Positions 48,206 through 61,197 of a DNA stretch of 64,000 nt are shown piece after piece. Numbering within the stretch: position 1 is the stretch's first letter; the number at the start of each line of letters is the position of its first letter. The stretch comes from the human T2T-CHM13v2.0 reference genome, Homo sapiens. The notes under the pieces are model-generated. The model saw only the letters and a program-made list of their open reading frames with translations. It did not search any database and was not told the origin of the DNA. The position numbers and the translations under genes were made by a program. The DNA lies in NCBI RefSeq assembly GCF_009914755.1, contig NC_060948.1; one strand, 5' to 3'.

Positions 48206-48224
48206 GCAATGAAAGAGTCCATTA

Positions 48225-48322
48225 CGTTACCCAGGCTGGTCTCAAACTCCTGACTTCAAGCCATCCTCCGACCTCCACTTCCCAAAATGCTAGGATTACA
48301 GGAGTAAGGCAGTGTGCCTGGT
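48225..48322 (-). mobile_element. Alu left-arm fragment
   Basis: gttacccaggctggtctcaaactcctg...ggattacagg. Confidence 0.8.
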
Positions 48323-48959
48323 TAACAGAATAATTTAAGCGCATCTATTTTGTTCCCATTTTAGGCTATCCAACTCCATTTATCTGGATTACACCCACTT
48401 ATTCGGTTTAAATTATTTACGGTGCCAAACATACATAAAACATGTTTCAAATACTGTCATACAAGGAAGGAGACCTTTACAGTCTTTACAGAGTCAAAGT
48501 TAAACTGAGATTATTTATGGCCCCAGACTTCTACATTAACTAAGGTAACACAATTTATGTCAAAAGTTGATAATTCCCGTCAAGCAAATCAGAGATGTGA
48601 CATGCGTTGACTAAAAGTATACGTTTTTAATCGCCTTGGTTAAGTATATTGCCTGTATTTTGAATGATGACCACAGTCACAGAGAAAACCCGCTTTAATA
48701 AAAAGTGCATATGAAAACAATGGCGCCTTAGCACAATCTCCCACAACTAGTCGGACATATTAGGCAGTTAAAGGTAGAACCCTCAAGAAAAATCAATGAG
48801 TTTAACAAAAATGAGTTTCTTAATAGCACTAAGGAGTTCTCTCCCCACTGTCTTCTCCCATAATTCAACACCCACACATAGAAAACCCATCCCCTTTTAT
48901 AGACAAAATCCCAAACCTTCGCTTTCTATTCTTGCCGAGAGACCCAGCTGTCCAGAGAA

Positions 48960-49920
48960 ACAGAAAATACCTGCGCTTTTTAGTAGGACAAAGAGCCTGA
49001 GGTTCGCCTGGCCCTCAGGCCGTACGTAACCGGCTTCGGAACACCACAGGGCCAACTGCGGGAGGGACAGCTGGAGCTACCCTGAGAGGGAAGGACGCCG
49101 GAAGCCGTGCCCGGAAATCCCGCCTACCTCCAGCGGCCAATCATTGCGAAGGCGGTGGGCGTCAGCCAGTTACTGCAAAGGCTGTGGGCGAGTCCTGAGG
49201 CCCCTCCGCCCCTGCGGGCCTGCAGCTCCATTATGTCGCGGTAACTCTTCCGAGACCACGCTTGTGCCATGTGGCGGGCAGCGGTAGATTGAGGCACAGG
49301 CGAACTGTGAGCCCTTTGCAATTGTGGGCTTGGAAGACCTACACCCTAACTGGCATCCTGAGTGTGGCAAGACATTAATTAACCCACAAAGAACACATGA
49401 AACATCTTACTTCGTAAGGCAGGCTAGGCTGATGGTACTAAATACTGCAGATCCAGAGGGGAGAGAGAGGGACCAGCGCTGCCTGCTGGGGTGAGGGCGG
49501 CGGCGGTGGTTTGAGGGGAGTGGGGCAGGGCGGTTGCCTGTGAGGAAAGTCGACTGGTACGTTGCTGGGGTGGAATTTGTCTGCAATAGAAGCTGAAACC
49601 CCACAAGGACTCTCTAAGGTCTAGCCAAATACAGACTCTGAGTTCCATGCTTCCTCCCTGAGGATGCTGTACTCATAGGGGCATTCCAAAGGACTTCTCA
49701 TCCTGTGCCGTGGGCACATGGGAGGCCAGCCACCATGGTCGCCAATCCGATGACCCGTGTGCACTGCCTTCCTGGCGCAGAGGCTCCCGCAAGGGCAGCA
49801 GTGGCCGTCCTGCCTGCTAGCGGGGCTCTGGAAGCCCAGGGCGTCGGCCTCCAACTCCAGGGCTACTGTGTGCAGCTAACCCTGCTGGGTGTCTGGGCCG
49901 CATTGCGAGTGGGGCGAGCT
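48960..49920. promoter_or_regulatory. CpG-rich region between divergent RBMY and TSPY starts (candidate bidirectional promoter)
   Basis: ETS-type CCGGAA at 49098 and 49111; CCAAT at 49137; GC box at 49206; MYB-type YAACNG at 49027, 49053, 49167(-) and 49347; CpGs visibly retained. Activity is not shown. Confidence 0.65.
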
Positions 49921-52756
49921 GTGGGCCCTGAGGGGCTCCCCGGGAACCCTGCATCCACGTAGGTGTGGGACATGGGTCTCAGCAGGGCAAGGCCCGGGGG
50001 CCCCTCCGGCAGATTCCCCTAGGGTCTAGGGGTGCCAGGGACGTGAGATGGGCGGTGCAGGCCTTAGTCAGTGGAAGCCTCAAGGAGGGCATCGTGTTAA
50101 GGTGGAGGCTCTGCAGAAGAGGGCGGCCTGTGTGGAGAGCAGGGAGACAACCCTGGGGGAAGAGGCATGCCAGTGGGGGATGACATCATGGCAGAGATGG
50201 AGGTGGTGGCCAAGGAGGAGGCCAATGTGGAGCGGCAGCAGGAGGACCAGCAGGCCCAGCCTGGCCTTGGCCCTAGTATGCCCCCGCCGGCAACGGACTC
50301 GCTGGACGTCCTTCACGTGGAGCTGGGCTCGGTAAATGCCCCAGGCCGCGGGACATCCCCGGCTTCTGGGCCAGAGCCATATCCTTGCAGCTGTCAATTC
50401 GGGATGGCTGGCAGCAGTGGGTGGGCGCCGAGCTCCCGGGAGCGGGGTTGGGGGAAACAAGGTGGTAGGCACCGGAGCTCAGCCAGGATTCAGGGTATGG
50501 GGGACAATGAGAGGAACCAAGGACAGACTCATGCAGATAGAAGGGCAGCAAAATTCCGTGTCCCCTGCGGGCACGAGGTAGGGATATGAAGCCAAGCACA
50601 ATACTCACAAGGGAGAATAGCAGCTCAAAGGACCCGTCATAAACAGCAGAAAGTCGAAGGACACTTTTCACTGGGAAAATCCCTGAAGGAAGGGGAGTCT
50701 GCGTGCCCAGGCCAGCCAGGGAACTACCCCTGCTCCCCGTGCCTATGTCCAGCAGGCTTACCTCAGAAACACAAGGTCCTCAAGACTCGGGTTCACAGTG
50801 CATGGGACTGCTGTCCTCTGCAAGGCAGGCACCAGCTCCCCAGACAGGATTTCTTCCCTCTGCCAGCGCTGCACACAAAGATGGTTAGGCCCTGAGCATA
50901 TATAACCTCCGTTGAAACCACTCGAGTCTCACGGGGAGAGCCAGGCACAGCCCTGCAGCAACTTCTACCCACAGCGGTTCCCTCGGGTGGACAGGCCCAC
51001 CCCTCAGTGAGACCAGGAGAAGAGGACACCGCACACCCGGACAGCAGCAGAACCTGTCCAGCACCCAGCACACGAGGGCCTCCCACAGCTCAGGAACCCT
51101 GAGAAAGTAGCCGCCTCACACCACAACACCCCTCCCGCAACCCCCTCCCCACTTCTTCTGTGCCTGCCTCTGGTCAGAGTAGACTGTCTGGGCCTGCCTC
51201 CTCCACCCGCCGCCAGGACCACCACAGCCGCAAAGGTGCCCCCCAGCGCCAGACAGAGGCAGAGGAGCGGGAAGGGAGGGTGCCAGACCAACGGCCTGCA
51301 CGGTAGCCCTGCCCCACACTCTCCGTGCTCTTGCAAAGTTGCAGGGTGTTTCCCTTCACGCCCACCCAATCATCTGGCGGCTCCTTAACCAGAGGCAGAT
51401 CGTGCGGCAGACCCAGATGTTGGCCGGGATCACAAATGATGAAGTCCTGCTAAGCTGCATGATGGATTTGCAGGTCAGGCTAAGGAGCCTGGGTATGCGG
51501 TAGGGGTCCGGTGTCTGGGTCAGACTGAGGTCCCCCTGGGACCCGGGGTTGTCTCAGCGGGAGAGTTGGGAAGGGGAAACGCATGCTTCACCCCAGCTAG
51601 CAGGTCACCTCACCCCAGCTACATGAAATGGTCCTTTGAGTGCATCCTCTTCCTCCTTCTTGGCCAGGTAAGGGGAGGAACTCAGCCATCCCAGGTACCG
51701 GTGGCAGGATCAAGTTTTCCTTTCATCACAATCTTTACTTCCACAATGAAGTGACCATTCAGGAGTATTGCATTGGCATCCTAGGTAAGGAGCACCTCCC
51801 AGCATGGTAGGGGAGCTGGTGTGTGGGAGGGTAGGTCTGGCATGAACCTTCCTGACTCCTCTCTCTCCAGGATACAGGGAGTCTCATTCCACTGCAGTCC
51901 AGTGGTTGTGGGATCATGAAGGTCAAGCCTCCAGCTGCAGGCAGTACACTTCCTACCTGAGCTTCTTCAGCCCATTGGCTGACTGTGACTGCCCAGGTTC
52001 TGGCAGGATTCCTGAGGTAGGCGCCACAGTGGGACATCATAGGAAAGAACCTTGCCTTGGCTTATGGGGAATTGACTTTGAGCCATGACCTGACCTGTCC
52101 TGTACCTACATCTGCAGTCCCCCAGATCATCAGCCAGAGCCTGCCACTCAGGATGCCAGTTAGTGTGTAGGTCTTCCATACCCACAATTCCAAAGGGCTC
52201 AGAGTCCACGTGTGCCAGGCTCAGTCCCCTGCAGTACTTCTCCAGGGAGGGAGGCCATTAGAGAGGGAACAGAGAAGAGGCCAGGTGAGCAGTCTAGGCT
52301 GGGGACTGAGAGGCCTTTGATCCCTGGAGTTGTGCCCCACATGGAGAATCCAAGCCTCAGGGAGGTGACTGCAGTGAGCAGTCCCAGGCCATCCATGGTC
52401 TGGCGGAGAAATGGCCATCTGGGAACTGTAACACCCTCATTTCAGGATTGGGGAACCTCAAGCCACCTAAGAGGTATAAGGATCTAAGGTCAGTGGGTAA
52501 GAAGCAAGGCTCAAGGGGCAGCTGTCTCATCATCCCTCGCCGGCTCCCTTCCATGCCCTGAGGCCGGCTACCACTTGAGGCTCAGTTTGGGCTCAACCAA
52601 GGCCCTCCATGCAGATGTACCCGCAAGGCCTGTCTCTATGTCCTCCCAAAATGGCTCTCCGAGGCCCATCATTTTCTGTTATAATGACCCAGGGGTCCCC
52701 TGACATGCTTTCTCCCCTCTGGGATCATCACTCACACTGCCCCGCCCCCTGAGACA
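49921..52756 (+). pseudogene. TSPY: Unprocessed TSPY-family (SET/NAP domain) pseudogene, copy 1
   Basis: Start homolog GTGGGCCCTGAGGG (ATG lost); exon 1 to 50378 (DDIMAEMEVVAKEE, PGFWA; frameshifts and an internal deletion); exon 2 51399-51473; exon 3 51668-51784; exon 4 51871-52016 (YRESHST...GRIPE); exon 5 52126-52284 with an insertion; exon 6 homolog about 52685-52703 with acceptor lost. Confidence 0.93.
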
Positions 52757-53424
52757 AGAGAGGCCACTACTCAGGGCATCTGGAGGACCACACTGTGCTC
52801 ACAGGGGAGGAAATGTGAAGAGATTGCAAAATGGCTGGGACCTTCGGTGTTTGTCCAGGGAGAGAAACTGGCTGGGATTTAAGGCCCACCTAAGTAGTGG
52901 TGTGGACACCCAGTGTTACTTATCATGATGAAGACATGCTTTGTCACATCCCCTAATATTAATATGGAAGTTATTTTCTTAGAATAGTGAAACAATGAGT
53001 ACAAAGAAATAGTGTTTGTTCTGATTTGTACGGAAATGCTGCAGACACATTCATTTTTCATTGCAATTCTTATAGGAGACTTGAAACGTTTATTCAGTTT
53101 TAAGACACATTTTGATTGTTCTGCTCCTGGCAAATTTTATGGTCATGTTTGCAATGTAGAGATATAGAATCCAGAAAATTTTTGACTGACTTTCAGCTTC
53201 TTTTAGAGTACTCAATTGCACATTTTTATTTATCCCCTATGGTTCTCTTCAGTTGATTATTTGAACTTTACATGCAAACTGATGAATTTGTTTTCTTATT
53301 TGCCTCTTGTGGAACTTCTGTTTTAAAGGACACTTTTTTCTGTTAGATATATGAGTTTGACCATGAGTACTTTTTCTAGTATACATTTTTGTTTTCATTT
53401 GTTAGTTTTGTGTGTGTGTGTATT

Positions 53425-53707
53425 TTGAGAAGGAGTCTCACTCTGTCACCCAGGCTGGAGTGAAGTGTCAGGATCTTGGCTCACCTCAACCTCCACCTGC
53501 CACCTTCAAGTGATTCCCCTGCCTCAGCCACTCAAGGAACTGGGATTACAGGCACATGCCACCATGTCCAGCTAATTTTTGTATTTTCAGTCGAGACTGG
53601 GTTTCACCATATTTGTCAGGTTGGTCTCCGACTCCTGTCCTCAAGTGATCCACCACTTTGGCCTGCCAAAATTCTGGGCTTACAGGCGCAGGCCACCACA
53701 CCCAGCC
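53425..53707 (-). mobile_element. Alu (AluS-like)
   Basis: Reverse dimeric Alu. Confidence 0.93.
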
Positions 53708-53961
53708 TCATTTATTTGTTTATGTTTTTGAAGCCTTCCTCTATTTTCTTCAGGGGCATGTATTTTAGAGTTATTGAAATAACATATTTTATTTATTTAC
53801 TCAATAGTTTAGTAAGATTTTAAAAGTAATGTATTTACTCACTAAATACAATATTGTGAATAGGTTAAACCTTTTGTAGTGTTGTCATTCTCTCTTTCAT
53901 AAATTCTTCAAGAACTCTGATTCTGTTTTTCCCTCACCTGAGGAGAATATGCAGATAGTTA

Positions 53962-55903
<1,942 letters not shown>

Positions 55904-56107
55904 GAGGCCCCAGTGTCTAATGTTCTGATGTTTATTTCTGTGTACACCCAAGTTTTAGTTCCTATTCATAAGTGAGACTATGCTGTATTTGATTTTCTGT
56001 TTCCTCATTAATTTTCTTAGGTTAATGACCTCTAGCTTCATCCATGTTTCTGCAAAGGACATGATTTTGTTCTTTTTCTGGCTGTGTACAATTCCAGGGT
56101 TCATATG
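55904..56107 (-). mobile_element. Old L1 3' fragment, inverted paralog of 18424-18620
   Basis: Reverse complement shares catatgaacc, ggtcattaacct and aaaacttgggtg with 18424-18620. Confidence 0.8.
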
Positions 56108-56753
56108 ATAAGGCGTGAGTTTGGACCAAGAAGGCTTTCTGCCAGAGCCATCAACGCTGTGGAAATAAAACCGTCCACAAGTCAGGAAACAAAACAGTCA
56201 TTACTGGTAATAGTAACTGTAAAACCTCTCACAGATTTGATTTCATTTTTAATTTACTGTAGATTAGGCAGCATGACACAGAATACCCTGCCCCTAGTAG
56301 TATGCGATTTGACGACAAATGTCAATTAGATTTGGTCATTGAAAACTACAAGAATCTTAGTTAACACCATAGTTACATAAGTAATTTTAACAATATATAC
56401 CAGCTTATTTTAAAGTTTCAGTTAGTCCACTAGAGACCTAAATGTTATTTTAAACATAGGTCAAAATTCATGTGGATAAGGGGTAAAATGGCAAGTTTTT
56501 ATTTTTATTCATTTCTTTTTGGTTTTATGCCAAAAAGAAAGGGTGATCCCTTATCATCACAGTATTTACGTGTTCAGCCATTAAGGAGAAAGAGTATCCA
56601 ATCCCACTGCTTTCCTGCATTGGTTCCCATACACAAGCAAATGTGCTGTGTTAGTGACTATCAAATATTCTTATATTTGATGAAGGGAAATTTGTGTTTC
56701 CAAACTGTAAAACAAAAATATTACTATCAGTTATATTTTTATTATTTATTTAC

Positions 56754-57050
56754 TTTCATTCTTTCCTTTCTCTCTCCCTCCCTCCCTTCCTTCTTTCCTT
56801 CCTTCAGCCTTTCCTTCCATCCTTCCTTCTTTTCTTCTGTCTTCCCTCCCTCCCTCCTTTCCTCCCTCCCTCCCCCGCCTCCATCCCTTCTCCCCGTCTC
56901 CTCTCTCTCTCTTTCTTTCTCCTTTCTTTCTTTCTTTTTTCTTTCTTTCTTTCTTTCTTTCTTTCTTTTTCTTTCTTTTTTTCCCTCTTTTCTTTACCTC
57001 TTTCTCTCTCTCTCTCTCTCTTTCTTTTCTCTATCTCTGTATCTCCCTTT
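56754..57050 (+). repeat. Long polypyrimidine low-complexity tract (CCTT/CT/CTTT)
   Basis: Directly visible; source of the spurious F/S/L-rich and K/E/R-rich ORFs. Confidence 0.95.
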
Positions 57051-57051
57051 G

Positions 57052-57205
57052 ATTTTTTTTTTAGGTAGACTCCTGCTCTGTCACCTAAGGTGGAGTGCAG
57101 TGGCATGATCTTGGCTCACTGAAACTTCCCCATCCTGGGTTCAAGCAATTCTTCAGTCACACCCTCCCAAGTAGTTGTGACTGTAGGCCTGTGACATAAA
57201 TCCTG

Positions 57206-57249
<44 letters not shown>

Positions 57250-57373
57250 TTTTAGTAGAGAGCAGGTATCACAATGTTTGCTTAGGCTGGTCTCAAATGC
57301 TTGTCCTCAAGTGATCCACCCACCTCAGCCTGGCAAAATGCTGGGATGTCAGGCATGAGCCACAGTGCCCACC
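57052..57373 (-). mobile_element. Alu with (TA)n in the linker (57210-57241)
   Basis: Paralog of 28810-29108. Confidence 0.9.
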
Positions 57374-57411
57374 CAGTTTTATGCATTTCTCTCCTCAGTG
57401 ATCTCTCCTAT

Positions 57412-57712
57412 TTTATTATTTTATTTTACTTTTATTTTTGAGACAGAGTCTTGCTCTGGTGCCCAGGCTGGAGCACAGTGGTGTAATCTCAGTACATGGC
57501 AAACTCCATCACTGGGATTCAATGGATTCTCCTGCATCAGCCTCCTAAGTAGCTGGGATAACATCCATGGGCCACCAAGCCCAGCTAGCTTTGGTATGAT
57601 ATTAGACATGGGATCTTGCTATGTTGGCCAGGCTTGTCTCGAACTCCTGACATGAAGAGATCTGCCCACCACGGCCTGCCAAACTGCTGGGAGTGCAGCC
57701 TCCATGCCCTAC
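57412..57712 (-). mobile_element. Alu (diverged)
   Basis: Paralog of 28462-28774. Confidence 0.9.
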
Positions 57713-58158
57713 CTCATATCTGTTCTAAACCTCAGTTGATAAGCAATATTGTCTTCCTGGAATGCTTTATGTTTACAAAACAACTACAGTACTATTATTT
57801 AGCCCCTTCAGGTAAAATATGGTAACATAGAAAACATATACACACAGACACAGACACAGGCAGTGATCAAAATATGAGGGTAGGCCAGGATGTAAAATGA
57901 AAGATGTGTTGCTGCAGTTGACTAGAATTAAACCAGACCAGAGCTGACCCTTACCCAGATAAGAGATGTGAACAGAAGCTTTCAAAAAACTCTATCAGTT
58001 GCATGTTAGATTATTCTCCAGCCATAGCAAAGGGACATTAAAGATCTGTTGTGTTTAGAAGAGTCTTGATAGTTTGACTTTTCCAGGGTAGCATTCGTGA
58101 CATTGGCCTTTAAAGCTCTCCACAATTACTCAATTACTCAAATCAGTAGACAACTCAA

Positions 58159-58293
58159 TTATCCAAGGAGTCTGAAGTGCTTTTTAAAATTATGTAAAAC
58201 TTAGTGGCTTAAAACAATAATTATAGTTATCCTAGGAGTCTGAAGTGCTTTTTAAAATTATGTAAAACTTAGTGGCTTAAAACAATAATTATA
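58159..58293 (+). repeat. 68-bp tandem duplication (right arm only)
   Basis: ttatcc(a/t)aggagtctgaagtgc...aacaataattata twice; single copy in the left arm near 27955-28025. Confidence 0.93.
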
Positions 58294-58493
58294 ATTTACT
58301 ATCAGTCTCTGCAATCTTCCACAGTCTCTCAGCCAAATGATTGTGGTTCAGGGTCACTCAGGAGGATGCAATCTAGTGATGGCTCAGGATGGGGACATTG
58401 TCCGGTGTCTTCTCGTCTCCCTGGTGCCATGGCTAGGTTGACTCAAAATAGTGGGGGCTGGCCTGCTGAGATCTTCAGGCATCTCCTATTTCT

Positions 58494-58810
58494 TTTTCTT
58501 TTTTCTTTTTTTCTTTTTTTGAGATGGAGTCTTGCACTGTTGCTCAGGCTGGAGTGCAGTAGTGCCATCTTGGCTCACTGCAAATTCTGCCTCCTGGGTT
58601 CAGGGTTCAGGCCATTTTCCTGCCTCAGCCTCCCAAGTAGCTGGAACTACAGGCGCCTGCCACAAAGCCCAGCTAATTTTTTGTACTTTTAGTAGAGATG
58701 GGGTTTCACTGTGTTAGCCAGGATGGTCTTGATCTCCTGACCTTGTGATCCATCCACCTCGGCCTCTCAAAGTGCTGGGATTACAGGTGTAAGCCACCGT
58801 GCTGGCCTTC
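58494..58810 (-). mobile_element. AluY/Sc-like element, right arm only
   Basis: TSD CT(C/T)CTATTTCT; empty site in the left arm at about 27755-27765 (agaaatagaag). Confidence 0.93.
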
Positions 58811-61197
58811 CTTCTATTTCTGTGAGTCTCTCCATGGGATGTCCTTTCAGCATAGTGTTATCAGGGTGTTAGACTTTGTGATGTACTGGTTGGGGGCTCC
58901 TGAGGGGTTTGTCCCATGAGAGCAGGAGATTTAGTTAGAGCTGTGTCACCTTTTCTAACCTAGGCCAGAGGTGTCCCAGTATCCAGAGAAGGCTTGCACT
59001 GTTTTCTATTCATTAGCAGCAAGTACTGTATTCAGTACCACCAGGAATATTTTCAAATGGGTTTGTGGAGAATGTGACTGAGACCACTACAATGGCCATG
59101 CCTAATAATTACTTATTTTTATAAGTGCTGGATGCGTTTTACCCAACATAATAGCAGATACAGACTTTTAAGCTTAAAACCTAAATGTCATAGCTCCAAA
59201 CATTTGGTTGTATGTTGAAATAACTCTCAAGCAAAAATTGATTTTGAAACGAGAGCTGTAAATAAATAAAATAAATGACATAAACTCATAAATATCTGGA
59301 AGAAATGCTTATAAAGAGGTCAGCCTTAAAAATGTCATGAGGTCTAATGTGCCGCTCTTCTATTTCTATGGATAGTACTTGGACAGGACAAGGACTCAAG
59401 GGTCTGCTGGTCCATCTCTGCACCTTGAAACAGTGGCTAGGGCACCAGGAGTAATGCTTCCAGCCAAAACCGTGTGGTTAGTGTGAGGAGTCCCTCCGGG
59501 TTAAGGAGTGTGTCAGCATAATGTGACCTGAAGAAGAGGTATACCTCATAGGCGCCCAGGATCAAGGTCTCCGGCACACATTGAAATCCCCCATGCCCAG
59601 GTGTGGTGAAGTGAATCCCTCAGCTGGTGCTGGGCTTCCAGGTGTGTCCGGGAACCGTTCCCTGGGCTGGGAAGGATCTCTTCATTCCCTTGCCATGTGG
59701 GAGGGTAAGGCTTGTGGCCTCATCTCTGTATGTTCCAGCTCTTTCCCTTCCCATTATCCCACTGCTGGGTAAGGCGGCAGGATCTCGGAATCTACAAGGG
59801 CCCTGGGTTGTTGACAGTGCCTGTGGGTGGCCATGTACTAGGAGGAGGGTCACTGAGCCTACCTTGAGCTTGGAGGCTGGGAAGGAACACCCGTGTGGCA
59901 CTGGCTGTTCCGGAGTCCAGGAGCCCGTCCCGGAGAAGGCCGGGGGGAAGTCGTAAGCCTGTGGATCTGCAATCTAGGTGGAATTGCTGTATCTGTCATG
60001 GCAAGACACCCACTGGGTGGAGAGCTGGGCTTGTGCATTTTCCCCATGTCCTGAAGAGACCCAGCAAGACTGGCTCCCCTGGGACCAGTGACACTGGAGA
60101 CCTCCTCTGGGTCCACTCAAGCTTAAGCTCTTATGTGCCTTGCTTCCTATCCTCCCAGGTGAGGCATCCTGGAGAGGATGTGCGGGGCGAAGGTCATATG
60201 AGCACCTGCAGCACTGGAATGGGGTGTCACTGGCCTGTTAGGCCGTTGCTCACCAGGCCCTCTCCTGAGCTCCTACGTGGCTTAGTGGTAAGTGTCCCAT
60301 CTACCCGACCCCGCAGCCCGGGTTTCTCCTCCACTTACAGACCCGTGCCCTCTTGGGGAGAATGCCAGCCTCCCTGGAGACTCAGGCCCTGCAGGACCCA
60401 CATGCTGTCGTCTCTCATGGGCTAGACACTCTCTGGTGCACAGGGATTCCCAGACAGTGAATCCCAAAGCCCTGCAGGTTCTGTTGCTTCTTCCCTGAAT
60501 GCCTGCCTTCCCCGACCGAACACACAGGAAGACACAGGTAGCTACTAGGTTTTATTTCCCTCCGGATGTCATTTCAGGTCCATGACATCTCCTTTAGGTA
60601 GTTCGCCCAGCCACTCTTTTCCTCCTACCTCTGCCATTCATGAGAACTGTGAGGACTCTTCGTGTCTCCCCAGCGGGCAGGCTTCACGGGTCCTGAAGTT
60701 GGATTGTCAAACCCAGTGGTCCCCTGCTTGCCAGCTCAAGAGCTGCGTTTGAGGCACACCTGTGGGTGGGAGTGTGGGCCCCACCTCTGGCCAAACAAAG
60801 GTACACAAGGGGAAACAGGTGCAGGTGTGTACAGGCGTGCACCAGCTCAAACATGCAGGCTGGAACGTGCACACGCTCACATTGGTACCAGGGAAACTGG
60901 GTGGGTGTCTGGGTGTCTACACCAATACTCAGATGAACCTTAATGCTCAGCCACATTCCCTTGCTGGACACACACAGAAGGTCCCCTGCCATTTAATTGA
61001 TCGTCTACAGTGGGATTTATTTTTACTTTTATACTTTTTTAACTTACCAAAGTATGTTGCATTCTTTCCCCCATCATGAAAAAGACTTTGATATAAGTAA
61101 GGAGGAAAAGCATTTTTTATAATAAAATACTTTATCTGCATCTATACTATTAAGGCATTATACAAATTTTATGTCTGTTTTTTAATGTCATAGGAAA

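Larger units (their letters stand above)
56105..61123 (-). repeat. Right arm of the inverted repeat (partner 25441-29660), with arm-specific insertions
   Basis: Reverse-complement colinearity; contains a direct copy of 29648-29852 at 56548-56753. Confidence 0.95.

Noticed and set aside
56470-57108. 212-aa F/S/L-rich and 100-aa K/E/R-rich ORFs
   Set aside because: Translations of a low-complexity pyrimidine tract.
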